From positions 660,001 through 692,000 of the forward strand of contig NZ_CP107255.1 of the NCBI RefSeq assembly GCF_029232205.1: 32,000 nt of DNA. The letters are read 5' to 3'. The DNA comes from Candidatus Saccharimonadota bacterium. GTDB taxonomy: Archaea; Nanohalarchaeota; Nanosalinia; Nanosalinales; Nanosalinaceae. Below the pieces are notes generated by a model, which saw only the letters and a list, made by a program, of their open reading frames with translations, had not been told where the DNA came from and searched no databases. Positions 8,460 to 16,881 of this stretch are shown here, piece by piece. Position numbers and translations under genes: made by a program. Position 1 is the stretch's first letter. Each line of letters begins with the position of its first letter.

Positions 8460-9428
8460 ATGAAAGCGATTGTACTTGCTGGAGGCCATGCAACTCGTTT
8501 GTGGCCTATTACCAAGGACCGCGCAAAGCCTTTGTTGCCTCTTGGAGAGGAAAAACCCATAATTGATTACATTCTCGAGGATCTTGATGAAGAAGTTGAT
8601 GAAACTATTATTTCAACTAATGAGAAGTTTGCAGGAGATTTCGAGGATTACGTTGAAGAATATGATAGAAATGCTCGTGTAGTCGTTGAGAATCAGGATT
8701 CCGAGGAGGAGAAGCCCGGTACTATCGGCGCGATCATTAACCTGATCGAGAAGGAAGATCTTGACGATGACCTGGTTGTTATCGGAGGCGACAATATCTA
8801 CAGCTTTGAGACCTCTAACTTCCTGGATTTCTGCCGGGAGAAGGATGGGCCTGCTAACGTTGTCTTCGATGTGAAGGATGAGGAGATAGCAAAGAGTATT
8901 GGAGTGGTTGATCTTGACGGCGATCAGATTGTTGATTTCGAGGAGAAGCCTGAGGAACCACCTTCAACTCTTGGATCAATCGCAGTTTACTACTTCCCTC
9001 AGGACAAGGTCTCGCTATTCAATGAGTACGAGGAACATTTCAAGCAGACAGATGTTCCAGCAGATCAGTATCTTGACGAGCCAGGCCGGCTTATTGAGTG
9101 GGCGCACAAGCAGACACCTACCTATGCATTCAGCTTTGATGGCTACTGGTTTGACGTGGGAACTCCGCGAGGATACCTTGAGGCCTTCGAGACCGTAGTT
9201 GATGGAAACATTAACAACGCAGCCAGTGTAAACAACTCGGAGATTGGTGACAACGTTTTCATCATGGAAGGCTGCGAGCTTGATGGGGCGAAAATTCAGA
9301 ACTCGATTGTCTTCCCTAACTCGCGTATAGTTGATTCAGAGGTCAGAAACTCGATCATCGATCAGAAATCAAACATTGAAGGGGCCGATGTCAACGACGC
9401 AATAATTGGAGAGCACACCACTCTCTAA
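8460..9428 (+). CDS. Sugar-1-phosphate nucleotidyltransferase with C-terminal left-handed beta-helix (hexapeptide) domain
   Basis: MKAIVLAGGHATRLWPITKDRAKPLLPLG is the G-x-G-T-R-L nucleotidyltransferase signature. The C-terminus carries hexapeptide repeats (NSEIGDNVFIMEGCELDGAKIQNSIVFPNSRIVDSEVRNSII). Start at ATG 8460, residue 59 of the track ORF. Confidence 0.85.
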   Translation: MKAIVLAGGHATRLWPITKDRAKPLLPLGEEKPIIDYILEDLDEEVDETIISTNEKFAGDFEDYVEEYDRNARVVVENQDSEEEKPGTIGAIINLIEKEDLDDDLVVIGGDNIYSFETSNFLDFCREKDGPANVVFDVKDEEIAKSIGVVDLDGDQIVDFEEKPEEPPSTLGSIAVYYFPQDKVSLFNEYEEHFKQTDVPADQYLDEPGRLIEWAHKQTPTYAFSFDGYWFDVGTPRGYLEAFETVVDGNINNAASVNNSEIGDNVFIMEGCELDGAKIQNSIVFPNSRIVDSEVRNSIIDQKSNIEGADVNDAIIGEHTTL

Positions 9429-9450
9429 ACCTTAATTTCTCTTTTCTCTG

Positions 9451-10212
9451 TTAATCCAGATTATATTTCTCCAAGTCAGTCTCTACAAACTCGTCATAGT
9501 TCATGTCCTGAAGATCTAATTCCTGCTGATTCATGTAATCTCCAGCTATTTCTTCACCGTACTCCTCAGCTCCATCTCCCAGAACCATGACACTGTAATC
9601 AACATCATTGAAGGATCCATACTCAATGTATACACCAGATCCCACCAGTTGAGTGTCTATATCTCTGTAGTTGTCAACTACTTCCTGCTCGAGATCATTC
9701 ATCTCTTCAAGAAGTTCGGAGTTAAGATCCTGGCCTCCTTCCTCCAGAAGACTTTCCATCCTGCTTGTCTCACCGGGATAAAAGTAGTGAGAGCTCGGAT
9801 CAGGATTAATCCTCTTGTTAATAGCCTGAGTAATGCCCTCTTTCTCTTCACGGCCTTCATCTTTAAGCATAGATATTCGATAGGCTGTATCATCTGAAAT
9901 ACCTCTCGAGGCCTTTAACTGAGGTACAAGTTCGTCGTTGAAGTCGAGGGCGTGAATTCCTTCATGTGAAAGTACGTGGCTCTGGAGTTCAGGATTCAGG
10001 TAGTCGAATTCATCGCTGATATGCAGAATATTTTGGTCTCCGTAAGCGGATCTTCTTTTTTCCATTGAGGCCAGTGCAGACATATTGTTTTTCTCGATAT
10101 CGTCAATTGAATCAGAGAAATTCAGGCCTGTCTCATCCTCTACTGACTGTATCTTGTCCCAGTAATCTGCCTTCCAGGCATCGGAGGTTGCATTGACACG
10201 GCCTTTTAACAT
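9451..10212 (-). CDS. Acidic hypothetical protein with HExxH motif (possible zinc metallopeptidase-like)
   Basis: The only recognisable motif is VLSHEGIHALD (HExxH). No signal peptide. Last gene of a tightly packed three-gene minus-strand unit. Confidence 0.45.
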   Translation of the reverse strand: MLKGRVNATSDAWKADYWDKIQSVEDETGLNFSDSIDDIEKNNMSALASMEKRRSAYGDQNILHISDEFDYLNPELQSHVLSHEGIHALDFNDELVPQLKASRGISDDTAYRISMLKDEGREEKEGITQAINKRINPDPSSHYFYPGETSRMESLLEEGGQDLNSELLEEMNDLEQEVVDNYRDIDTQLVGSGVYIEYGSFNDVDYSVMVLGDGAEEYGEEIAGDYMNQQELDLQDMNYDEFVETDLEKYNLD

Positions 10213-10218
10213 CTCTAA

Positions 10219-10662
10219 CTACTTCTTTATTTCCTGAACTTTTTCAACTAGACGCATGACATCACGATTATAGCGCCAATCTCTATCTTCGATCTCGCTG
10301 ATTTCGATCCATTCAGGCCTTCCCTCCCAGGAAGAAGAAAGTTCGCCGCCTGTCAGCTCTGCATAGAATATTTTTTCAACACCAAGGCCTTCACGCACTT
10401 TTTCACTCACGAGACTCCGAACTTCTACCTCTAGCCCTGTCTCCTCGCGAGTTTCACGCACAGCTCCCTGTTCAAAGCTTTCTTCTCTCTCCAGAAGGCC
10501 TCCTGGCAGCATGAGATATTCTCCGGCGTTTACTGCAAGAACTTTGTCATCTTTGATAACCAGCGCTGCTGCGGAGGCTGGAGGCCATAGAAATTTCGAG
10601 ATAATCCTGGCTCCAAGGTTTTCTCCTTTCCAGAGGAACCAGGATACCATTTTGCGGTACAA
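10219..10662 (-). CDS. NUDIX hydrolase
   Basis: Nudix box GGLLEREESFEQGAVRETREETGLEV fits Gx5Ex7REUxEExGU. Lies 1 nt downstream of the preceding gene. Confidence 0.85.
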   Translation of the reverse strand: MYRKMVSWFLWKGENLGARIISKFLWPPASAAALVIKDDKVLAVNAGEYLMLPGGLLEREESFEQGAVRETREETGLEVEVRSLVSEKVREGLGVEKIFYAELTGGELSSSWEGRPEWIEISEIEDRDWRYNRDVMRLVEKVQEIKK

Positions 10663-10663
10663 T

Positions 10664-11347
10664 TTATCGGCCTCGTACTTCTCTATAGGTTCTTGAAACT
10701 ATAGAGCTCAGGATAAGTCCTAGTAAGGTCATGTAAAGGATGTTTGCTGTGTAGAGAGAGGTTGTAACTTTTCTGTCGTTGAAAGAGTCTATATTGGCTG
10801 CGTTTGAGCTGGCCGTGAATCTTTCCTTCGAGTAATTTGTGTAAAAGTCTTCTGGGGCCGTAAGGTTGTGTTTGGAGGAGAAATCTCTCAGTGATTCGTT
10901 GGTTCCTGCCTCATTCAGAGTACTTTTAATCTGTGAGAGAGTTTCATCGTCAATATAGAGATAGCATTTTTCTCCTGATAGGCCTAGAGAGCAGGGTTCA
11001 GGATAGATAGGATTAATCTTTTTGAGGGCAGCATCAGCGTATGCATTTACCATAAATAGCTGGCTTCTTTCAGATTGTCGCTGGGCCTTCCCCAGAGTTT
11101 TTTCCATTATTCTTCTGGTCTCAGAGTATTTTTCTGATTGATTGGTGTCATTGTAGTACGTCATGAATGCTGAGGCCTCCCTGAGTTCTGCTACATTTTG
11201 CACGTTTTCCTCCAGTTGTCCGGAGTTTTGATTGGCCTGGTTGTATGATAGCTGGATTGAGAAGATTAGTATGGCAGCGAAAAACAGGGATACAGATATT
11301 TTGAATGAGCTGTGGGCCTTCAGTTCTTTGAGTAATTCGTCCTTCAT
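10664..11347 (-). CDS. Hypothetical membrane protein (N- and C-terminal TM segments flanking an extracytoplasmic domain)
   Basis: Hydrophobic segments ISVSLFFAAILIFSIQL and ILYMTLLGLILSSIV. The central domain has two Cys. No family recognised. Confidence 0.5.
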   Translation of the reverse strand: MKDELLKELKAHSSFKISVSLFFAAILIFSIQLSYNQANQNSGQLEENVQNVAELREASAFMTYYNDTNQSEKYSETRRIMEKTLGKAQRQSERSQLFMVNAYADAALKKINPIYPEPCSLGLSGEKCYLYIDDETLSQIKSTLNEAGTNESLRDFSSKHNLTAPEDFYTNYSKERFTASSNAANIDSFNDRKVTTSLYTANILYMTLLGLILSSIVSRTYREVRGR

Positions 11348-11414
11348 AACTGTGCAAAGGTTATCCGGAGAGTTATTAGTCTTTTTTCTGTGAGAAAACT
11401 AAAGGGAAAAATAG

Positions 11415-11530
11415 TTTGGCAGCGTCCGCACGCTTCCGCCTTAAAAGGCAGTACTGATGCGATCGCTGAGGGACTTTACTTCCGTGTTCGGAATGGGTAC
11501 GGGTGTTGCCCCCTCGCTATGGCCGCCAAT
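11415..11530 (-). rRNA. rrf: 5S ribosomal RNA (archaeal type), not linked to 16S/23S within this window
   Basis: Reverse complement: ATTGGCGGCCATAGCGAGGGGGCAACACCCGTACCCATTCCGAACACGGAAGTAAAGTCCCTCAGCGATCGCATCAGTACTGCC..GCGGACGCTGCCAAA. It contains the universal CCGAACACGGAAGT core. Helix I pairs TTGGCGGC with GCTGCCAA. Ends are accurate to about 2 nt. Confidence 0.9.
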
Positions 11531-11550
11531 ATGGAATAAACAGAGTATAA

Positions 11551-11560
11551 CTTTTATATA
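11551..11560 (-). promoter_or_regulatory. TATA box of the 5S rRNA promoter
   Basis: The minus strand reads TATATAAAAG, centred about 27 nt upstream of the 5S 5' end. A T-rich tract (complement of 11385-11414, ..TATTTTTCCCTTTAGTTTTCTC) follows the 3' end as a likely terminator. Confidence 0.6.
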
Positions 11561-11626
11561 GGTAAAGACGGTGCAGGGTGTGAGGCCCGGGTAGCTTATT
11601 TATTTGGCTTAGAGAAAACTTGTCCC

Positions 11627-11869
11627 ATGAGCTATGGTAGCAGCAGTGGCGGACTGAGAGATAAGATTGAGAGTTCTACAGTTATCGATATAATGACAGT
11701 TTCCGTCCTGGCCTACGACTTCATGTTGTTGAAAGATCAGGGATTCGGAACCACCAATATTTTCCAGTTCTCAACGACCCCAGAAATCATTGCTGCACAG
11801 CTTACAGGCCTGTTGCTGGTTATCTATATTCTTGAGGCCATAGTGGATAGCTCGAAGAGCGATCACTAG
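11627..11869 (+). CDS. Small hypothetical membrane protein (80 aa)
   Basis: ORF only. One clear hydrophobic segment (IIAAQLTGLLLVIYILEAIV). No motif recognised. Confidence 0.3.
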   Translation: MSYGSSSGGLRDKIESSTVIDIMTVSVLAYDFMLLKDQGFGTTNIFQFSTTPEIIAAQLTGLLLVIYILEAIVDSSKSDH

Positions 11870-12177
11870 AAAAATTCTTTTTTATCTAATTTTCTGCAGT
11901 CTCTCCATTCTATCTTCATGATTTCTTTGTATCAAATAGTTTAGAGCATAAATTTGGTTTTATGCAATTGTTTGAGTGTTTTGTACAGATTATCACGTAT
12001 TTAGCACTGTATAAGTGGTTATAAGATCCTCTGGGCAATTTTACACTATCTAGAAGGCTTAATTCGGGGAGAGAAATAGAGGTTATTGTTGTGTTCATAT
12101 GTGATCCTTTTTTGCCGGGCTTCTCTTGTGAGAGGCCTGGTTCAAAACCGAATTAAAACACTTTGAGGTGATTTACA

Positions 12178-14157
12178 ATGAAGAAAAGCATTTTAGCATC
12201 CATTATGGTAATCGGTCTGATCGGGGCTTTCGCGAGCAGTAGTACGTTGGCCTTATTCAGTGATACTGAGGCCAGTCAAGGTAACGAGTTTGTGACCGGT
12301 GCTCTTGACTTGAAGCTCGATTGGAATGAGAGCTATAATGGTGAACATATTGAGGCGCAGTCTTTGACTGACAATCCTGGGCCTATCTTCGATTTCGAGG
12401 ATATTAAGCCAGGAGATCATGGTGAGGCTACTGTCAGTGTCCATATTGAGGATAACCCTGGCTGGGTTTGGATGAGAGCCAAGGTTACTGCAGATGAGGA
12501 GATTGAGATTACAGAGCCTGAGCGAGCGATGGGCGATACGGATCCTGATGGAGAGCTGAACGATGAGTTGAAGTTTACGATTTGGAGAGATGATGGAGAC
12601 AATATCCATCAAAGCGATGAAGAGGTTATCGCAGAAGGACATTTGAGAGATATTCAATCCGATCTTAGAGAGGGAATTCTTCTTGGAGAGTTCGATGCTT
12701 CACAGACACACTACATCGGTGTGAAATGGGAGCTTCCTAGAGAGGTAGGAAACAGAGTCCAGAAGGACAGAATCGATATGGACTTTGAGTTCTACACAGA
12801 GCAGAGAAGACACAACGACAATCCAGAGAATCCTTGGACAGGAGAACCGCATGAGCCACCGCAGGAACCTGTGAATACAGATGATATCCTGCTAACTGCT
12901 ATCTGTACGGATAGCGAGGACGACCTTGCCAAGTTCAGAGTCAGAAATGACAATAATCAGGCAGTCACTGTCCAGTACGACGTTTACCAGCAGTCCAGCA
13001 TGTCTAATCTGACGGTAGCTGCAAACAGCGAAGAGTTTATCGAGGTTAACGCGGCTAACGATCAGGCAACTGTGAGACTGTTCTACAACGGCTCACAGAT
13101 CGATGTGAAGGCCAACAATCCTTCATTCTGTGATTTAGGAGAACCTAACGAACCTGAGCCGGTTTCGATGAATCCTAGATTTACAGGTTGTAGTGCTGTA
13201 ATTGCTTACTCAGACCATGAGCCCGACAGCTTCCAGGTTGTAGTAGATAGCAACGGCACAGTTCAGACCCAGAACGTCTCAACAGCAGACGCAGATGAAG
13301 TATTCCAGCCGAACCATCCACAGTTTGGTAGTGGAGAAAGCGGTCTGATCGGCTACAAGTACAACTATGACAAGACTGTAGGCCTAATTGGAGAGGAGAG
13401 TTTCATCAATCCTAACTACAACCTCGAGCAGAGAAGTTGTAGCAACTCTACAGGCATAGCAAATGGATCTTCCTTCGACTGGAGCAGTGTGATCGACAAC
13501 GGCTACGAAGAAAAGGTCATCACAGCCACTCAGGGAGATACCACTGTAGAGATTACGCCTCTTGAAGGCAACCAGACTGTAGAAGAGCTCTACGATTACA
13601 GACTTCCAGACAGATTCAACAACGAAGCAGACAATAACGCAACAAACGGAGCTACTTACCCTGGAAGCGGGCCTTATTACCAGTCTGTAGGAACTCAGAG
13701 CCTGCAACAGCAGGAAACTTCCATCATGTTCCTCTATGACGGCCCTAACGGGCTTAGCCTTGTCGTAGTACACGACATGGCAGGAGGAGATGGAGGATCT
13801 GCTACATGGCAGATTACAGGCCTTGACAACTCTGGAGAATGGGTTGTAAAGGACGATCTATACCTGAGAAGTAACGGACAGAAAGCAGGTTCAAATTACG
13901 ATGACTGGGATGTAGATTCCGAACCTCAGACCATTAACTGGACATGGGGCGCCGGAGGAACAGACGGTGGAGCTTTCAGAGGTCTAGGAAACGACTTCAG
14001 CTTCACAATCGACCCAGCGTTTAACGAAGAGTCTGCACTGTACAACCAGTTCTACAATGGAGACATTGATGACTGGCAGGTATTATCTGGATCTATGAGC
14101 AACCCTGACAGGACATCTCTAGCTCTGGATCAGAACGTAACTGTAGAGGCCAATTAG
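12178..14157 (+). CDS. Secreted TasA/camelysin-like (peptidase M73 fold) protein with SipW-class signal peptide and ~440-aa C-terminal extension
   Basis: N-terminus MKKSILASIMVIGLIGAFASSSTLALFSDTEASQGNEFVTGALDLKL matches the SipW-cognate signal class (..LALFSDTE..N.F..G.LDL). DIKPGDHGEATVSV and ..MDFEFYTEQ close the TasA-like beta-sandwich at about residue 210. The rest is a Thr/Asn/Gly-rich unknown domain. SD-like GAGGTGA lies 7 nt upstream of the ATG. Confidence 0.7.
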   Translation: MKKSILASIMVIGLIGAFASSSTLALFSDTEASQGNEFVTGALDLKLDWNESYNGEHIEAQSLTDNPGPIFDFEDIKPGDHGEATVSVHIEDNPGWVWMRAKVTADEEIEITEPERAMGDTDPDGELNDELKFTIWRDDGDNIHQSDEEVIAEGHLRDIQSDLREGILLGEFDASQTHYIGVKWELPREVGNRVQKDRIDMDFEFYTEQRRHNDNPENPWTGEPHEPPQEPVNTDDILLTAICTDSEDDLAKFRVRNDNNQAVTVQYDVYQQSSMSNLTVAANSEEFIEVNAANDQATVRLFYNGSQIDVKANNPSFCDLGEPNEPEPVSMNPRFTGCSAVIAYSDHEPDSFQVVVDSNGTVQTQNVSTADADEVFQPNHPQFGSGESGLIGYKYNYDKTVGLIGEESFINPNYNLEQRSCSNSTGIANGSSFDWSSVIDNGYEEKVITATQGDTTVEITPLEGNQTVEELYDYRLPDRFNNEADNNATNGATYPGSGPYYQSVGTQSLQQQETSIMFLYDGPNGLSLVVVHDMAGGDGGSATWQITGLDNSGEWVVKDDLYLRSNGQKAGSNYDDWDVDSEPQTINWTWGAGGTDGGAFRGLGNDFSFTIDPAFNEESALYNQFYNGDIDDWQVLSGSMSNPDRTSLALDQNVTVEAN

Positions 14158-14161
14158 AAAG

Positions 14162-14190
14162 AGGAGGGATTCATCCTCCTTTATTTTTCT
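14162..14190 (+). terminator. Hairpin plus T-tract after the TasA-like gene
   Basis: AGGAGG (14162-14167) pairs with CCTCCT (14175-14180) just after the TAG stop (14155-14157). It is followed by TTATTTTTCTTTATT. Confidence 0.5.
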
Positions 14191-14258
14191 TTATTACGGT
14201 ACAATAAATCATTCTCAATGTAATAAAGGACTTTTTCTTGTGTCAAAGAGAGTTAGAT

Positions 14259-14540
14259 ATGGCAAGAGCCTTGATTTCTGGAGCACTGGTATTAGTCATT
14301 TTTTCAGGCCTTATTTTGGCGTCAGCAGGCAATGAAGAAGCTCAGACAGATCCTATGCTGGAGAATAATGACAGCAATATACAGAATGTTTACTGGAGTT
14401 TTGATGACCAGAAAGATAATTTTTCAGGGCCTCTTGTAGTCAGAAATCTTTCTCAGGGAGAGCATAACGTTACTATTACAGTTGTTTTTTCAGATGGCAA
14501 AATCGAGACTTACAACACTAGAGTTAACTTGAGCAGATGA
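14259..14540 (+). CDS. Small exported/anchored protein (about 93 aa), beta-rich
   Basis: From ATG 14259: MARALISGALVLVIFSGLILASAGNEEAQ, a signal or anchor segment. Its stop overlaps the next start (ATGA at 14537-14540), implying co-translation with the signal peptidase. Confidence 0.55.
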   Translation: MARALISGALVLVIFSGLILASAGNEEAQTDPMLENNDSNIQNVYWSFDDQKDNFSGPLVVRNLSQGEHNVTITVVFSDGKIETYNTRVNLSR

Positions 14541-15025
14541 GCAAGTCAGCTTTTGCCCTGATATTTCTGGCAGTTATTGGCCTGGTTTCGTTACCTTTTC
14601 TGGCCTTTGCACTGGCTCAGATGGCTCCAGGATTTAACGCGTTTATAGTGGTTTCCGGTTCTATGGAACCTGAAATTGATACAGGCTCGGTTCTGTTTAC
14701 TCGAAGTATCGATCCATCGCTCATAGAGGTAGGAGACACCATCACCTTCCGTACTGGTAGCCAGTATACTACTCACAAAGTTGTGAATAAGAGCGAGGAG
14801 CTTCCTCCCACATTCAGAACCAAAGGGATTGCAAACGAGGCCCCCGACCCTCAAGAAGTCACAGCCAACCAGATAGTTGGAGTAAAGCTCTTCTCAATAC
14901 CGTATCTAGGCTATGCCATTAATTTTGCAGGCAGCCCTCTCGGAATACTGATTCTTGTAGCCCTGCCGGCCTCCACAATAGTAATACTGGAAGTAATAGA
15001 AGCATTAAACAACTTTAGAGAATAA
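14537..15025 (+). CDS. Type I signal peptidase, archaeal/ER Sec11-SipW type (S26B)
   Basis: N-terminal TM segment. Catalytic Ser box VVSGSMEPEIDTGSVLF. GDTITFR...YTTHKVV carries the His of the Ser/His type. C-terminal TM segment. Confidence 0.85.
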   Translation: MSKSAFALIFLAVIGLVSLPFLAFALAQMAPGFNAFIVVSGSMEPEIDTGSVLFTRSIDPSLIEVGDTITFRTGSQYTTHKVVNKSEELPPTFRTKGIANEAPDPQEVTANQIVGVKLFSIPYLGYAINFAGSPLGILILVALPASTIVILEVIEALNNFRE

Positions 15026-15066
15026 GAAATAGAATCCTAGGGCCCAGAAAATATTTCAGTAGCTTT

Positions 15067-15116
15067 ATTGTATTTAAACACAATAATAGATTTGTTTACA
15101 CAACTGTAAATACAAT
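15067..15116. promoter_or_regulatory. Perfect 10-nt inverted repeat bracketing the promoter and 5' leader of the PHP gene
   Basis: ATTGTATTTA (15067-15076) and TAAATACAAT (15107-15116). The left arm overlaps a TATA-like TATTTAAA (15071-15078). The right arm ends 1 nt before the ATG at 15118. Confidence 0.45.
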
Positions 15117-15117
15117 T

Positions 15118-16542
15118 ATGGCCATTGATGACAATATCCGGACCTTGGCCAAGGAAATAGGCTTTGACAGAGTTTCAAAGGAAGAAATCACCGATATTCA
15201 CCCCCACACAACTTATTCTGATGGAACTCAGAGCATTATTGAGTCTATTGATGAGGCCTTCCAGAATAATGTCTGGGAGAAAGGAACGATCGAACACGGC
15301 AACCCCATTGACGAGGACATAGGTTATGTGCCGAAATTTCTTTCATGGGCTGCTTTTGAGAGAGATCTGGATTTTGGAGCGGGCGAGGATAAAGAAGATT
15401 ACACTTCTCCCGAGATATTTCCTATAAAGTACGAGAACCTCGTGGACGTCGTAAATGATTTTGAAGACGCAACTATGCTGAACGATGCAGATCCCGAAAA
15501 AATCGAAGAAGATATACTGACTTTAAACCGCATAAGCCAAACAGGTAAGGCCTCATTAGCAGATCTTCTGAACTACAGTCTTGTTGTTCCGCACGGTATC
15601 GAAATAGACTACAATCCTGCAATCGAACTATCTGAAAGAGAATACGACGCAGTAGAAAACTACGAAGACCACATAGAACAATTTCTCAGAGAATCAGAAT
15701 CATCTAACTGCGGCATAAACTACGTTTTAGCCAGCACACACCACGTGAACACTCCCTTCGAACCAAAATACGTTAAGAAAGATGGATTATTTGAAGAAAT
15801 GGATTTGGAGGAACGTAAAAAGGCCCTGGAATTCTACAGAAAGAAAGAGATCTACAAAATTCTTTCGCTTGCTGATAGATTGAAGGCAATGAAAGTTCCA
15901 GAGATCTCAGGAGAACTAATGAACAATAGAGAACTGCAGGAACTTGAGGAGTTTATCTACGGGCAGAGCTCAGTTATTCAAGAGTCTGCTCCAGACATAA
16001 CCGATAAAGATATGGCAGAAATTGTAGATCCTGAAACCCCAATAGAGAAGCCAGGAGTAATAGTCATAGGATCTCATCCAACCCTGATCGAAAGAAACGA
16101 GAACCTGCTGGATGTATTCCGGGAGGAACAAGGCCTTGGAACAGTTTCCGAGATAAAAGACGAATATGAGAACTTTATCTACGGCGAGGCCCAGGATCTC
16201 GTTGACTCAGAAGTTGACAAAGAAGAAATTCTTGACTTAATGACTGAAGAAGATATAGAAGCCATTTACCCAGCAGAAGCCCTTGAAAACTATTACAGGC
16301 CAGTTGTGGAGGCCTCAGAGGACTCTGATAACTTTTTGTTTGAGATTAACGGCAAAGGAGTAGAGAGGCAGTTCCCTTCTGTATTCTGGTCGATGATCGA
16401 TGAGAATGCTTTTGGCTCAGATGCTCACAGGCCCGAAGAGCAGCCATCAAGAAGCAGAGAGTATTCAAAGAATTCCAGCCACGATAGAGATACAAAGCTG
16501 TTAGCGGAGAAATGGATTGAGATGCTTGAGAAAGCTAGATAA
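15118..16542 (+). CDS. PHP-domain metal-dependent phosphoesterase (HisJ/YcdX-like) with large acidic insertions
   Basis: PHP motif series: DIHPHTTYSDG, VPHGIEIDY, LASTHHV, IGSHPTL, FGSDAHRPEE. At 474 aa it is well above the ~250-280 aa I recall as typical for the family. Confidence 0.65.
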   Translation: MAIDDNIRTLAKEIGFDRVSKEEITDIHPHTTYSDGTQSIIESIDEAFQNNVWEKGTIEHGNPIDEDIGYVPKFLSWAAFERDLDFGAGEDKEDYTSPEIFPIKYENLVDVVNDFEDATMLNDADPEKIEEDILTLNRISQTGKASLADLLNYSLVVPHGIEIDYNPAIELSEREYDAVENYEDHIEQFLRESESSNCGINYVLASTHHVNTPFEPKYVKKDGLFEEMDLEERKKALEFYRKKEIYKILSLADRLKAMKVPEISGELMNNRELQELEEFIYGQSSVIQESAPDITDKDMAEIVDPETPIEKPGVIVIGSHPTLIERNENLLDVFREEQGLGTVSEIKDEYENFIYGEAQDLVDSEVDKEEILDLMTEEDIEAIYPAEALENYYRPVVEASEDSDNFLFEINGKGVERQFPSVFWSMIDENAFGSDAHRPEEQPSRSREYSKNSSHDRDTKLLAEKWIEMLEKAR

Positions 16543-16876
16543 TATTGTCACTGAGCTTGGAACCTGAGCCCTCCACGCCGAGGCCCTCCATATTCTTCTC
16601 GCTGCATTCATCGAACATGTTCAGCATGTCCAGAAATAGATCTGCGAACTGCTGGCCTTCTTCCGTCAGAGAAAGTATTTTTTTCCTTCCCTGCTTCTCG
16701 CTCTCAACCAGGCCTTCCTCTTCAAGCTGTGAGATTATCTTCACTGCGTGTGCATAAGTTGTGTCGATTCTGCGGGAGATTATGCTGCCGTAAATCTCGC
16801 TGTGAGCTCTTCTGATTGTTACCAGTGTCATTACCGGCTTTTCGTTGAGGAAAAGTTTCTTGACGTCGGAGCTCAT
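16535..16876 (-). CDS. Winged-helix transcriptional regulator-like protein
   Basis: IYGSIISRRIDTTYAHAVKIISQLEEEGLVESEKQGRKKILSLTEEGQQFADLF (HTH plus wing). Lies 5 nt downstream of the PRTase-like gene on the same strand. Confidence 0.65.
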   Translation of the reverse strand: MSSDVKKLFLNEKPVMTLVTIRRAHSEIYGSIISRRIDTTYAHAVKIISQLEEEGLVESEKQGRKKILSLTEEGQQFADLFLDMLNMFDECSEKNMEGLGVEGSGSKLSDNII

Positions 16877-16881
16877 TTTTT

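Noticed and set aside
8286-8493. Long 5' extensions of the track ORFs 7249..8493 (-) and 8286..9428 (+), which would overlap each other by about 200 nt.
   Set aside because: Conserved N-termini begin at internal Met codons (MTDRKILHVDMDSFYA at 8334; MKAIVLAGGHATRLWP at 8460). The extensions are Cys/Arg/Leu-rich and unlike the acidic proteome. The trimmed genes leave a normal 125-nt divergent promoter region.
12131-12152. T-arm-like sequence CCTGGTTCAAAACCGAA upstream of the TasA-like gene. This raised the idea of a third att/tRNA fragment delimiting an island from the tRNA-Ser.
   Set aside because: Only about 11 of 12 nt resemble GGTTCAAATCCG. No T-stem or acceptor can be paired. It is in inverted rather than direct orientation relative to the tRNA-Ser repeats, and the interval 4.7-12.1 kb is full of housekeeping genes.
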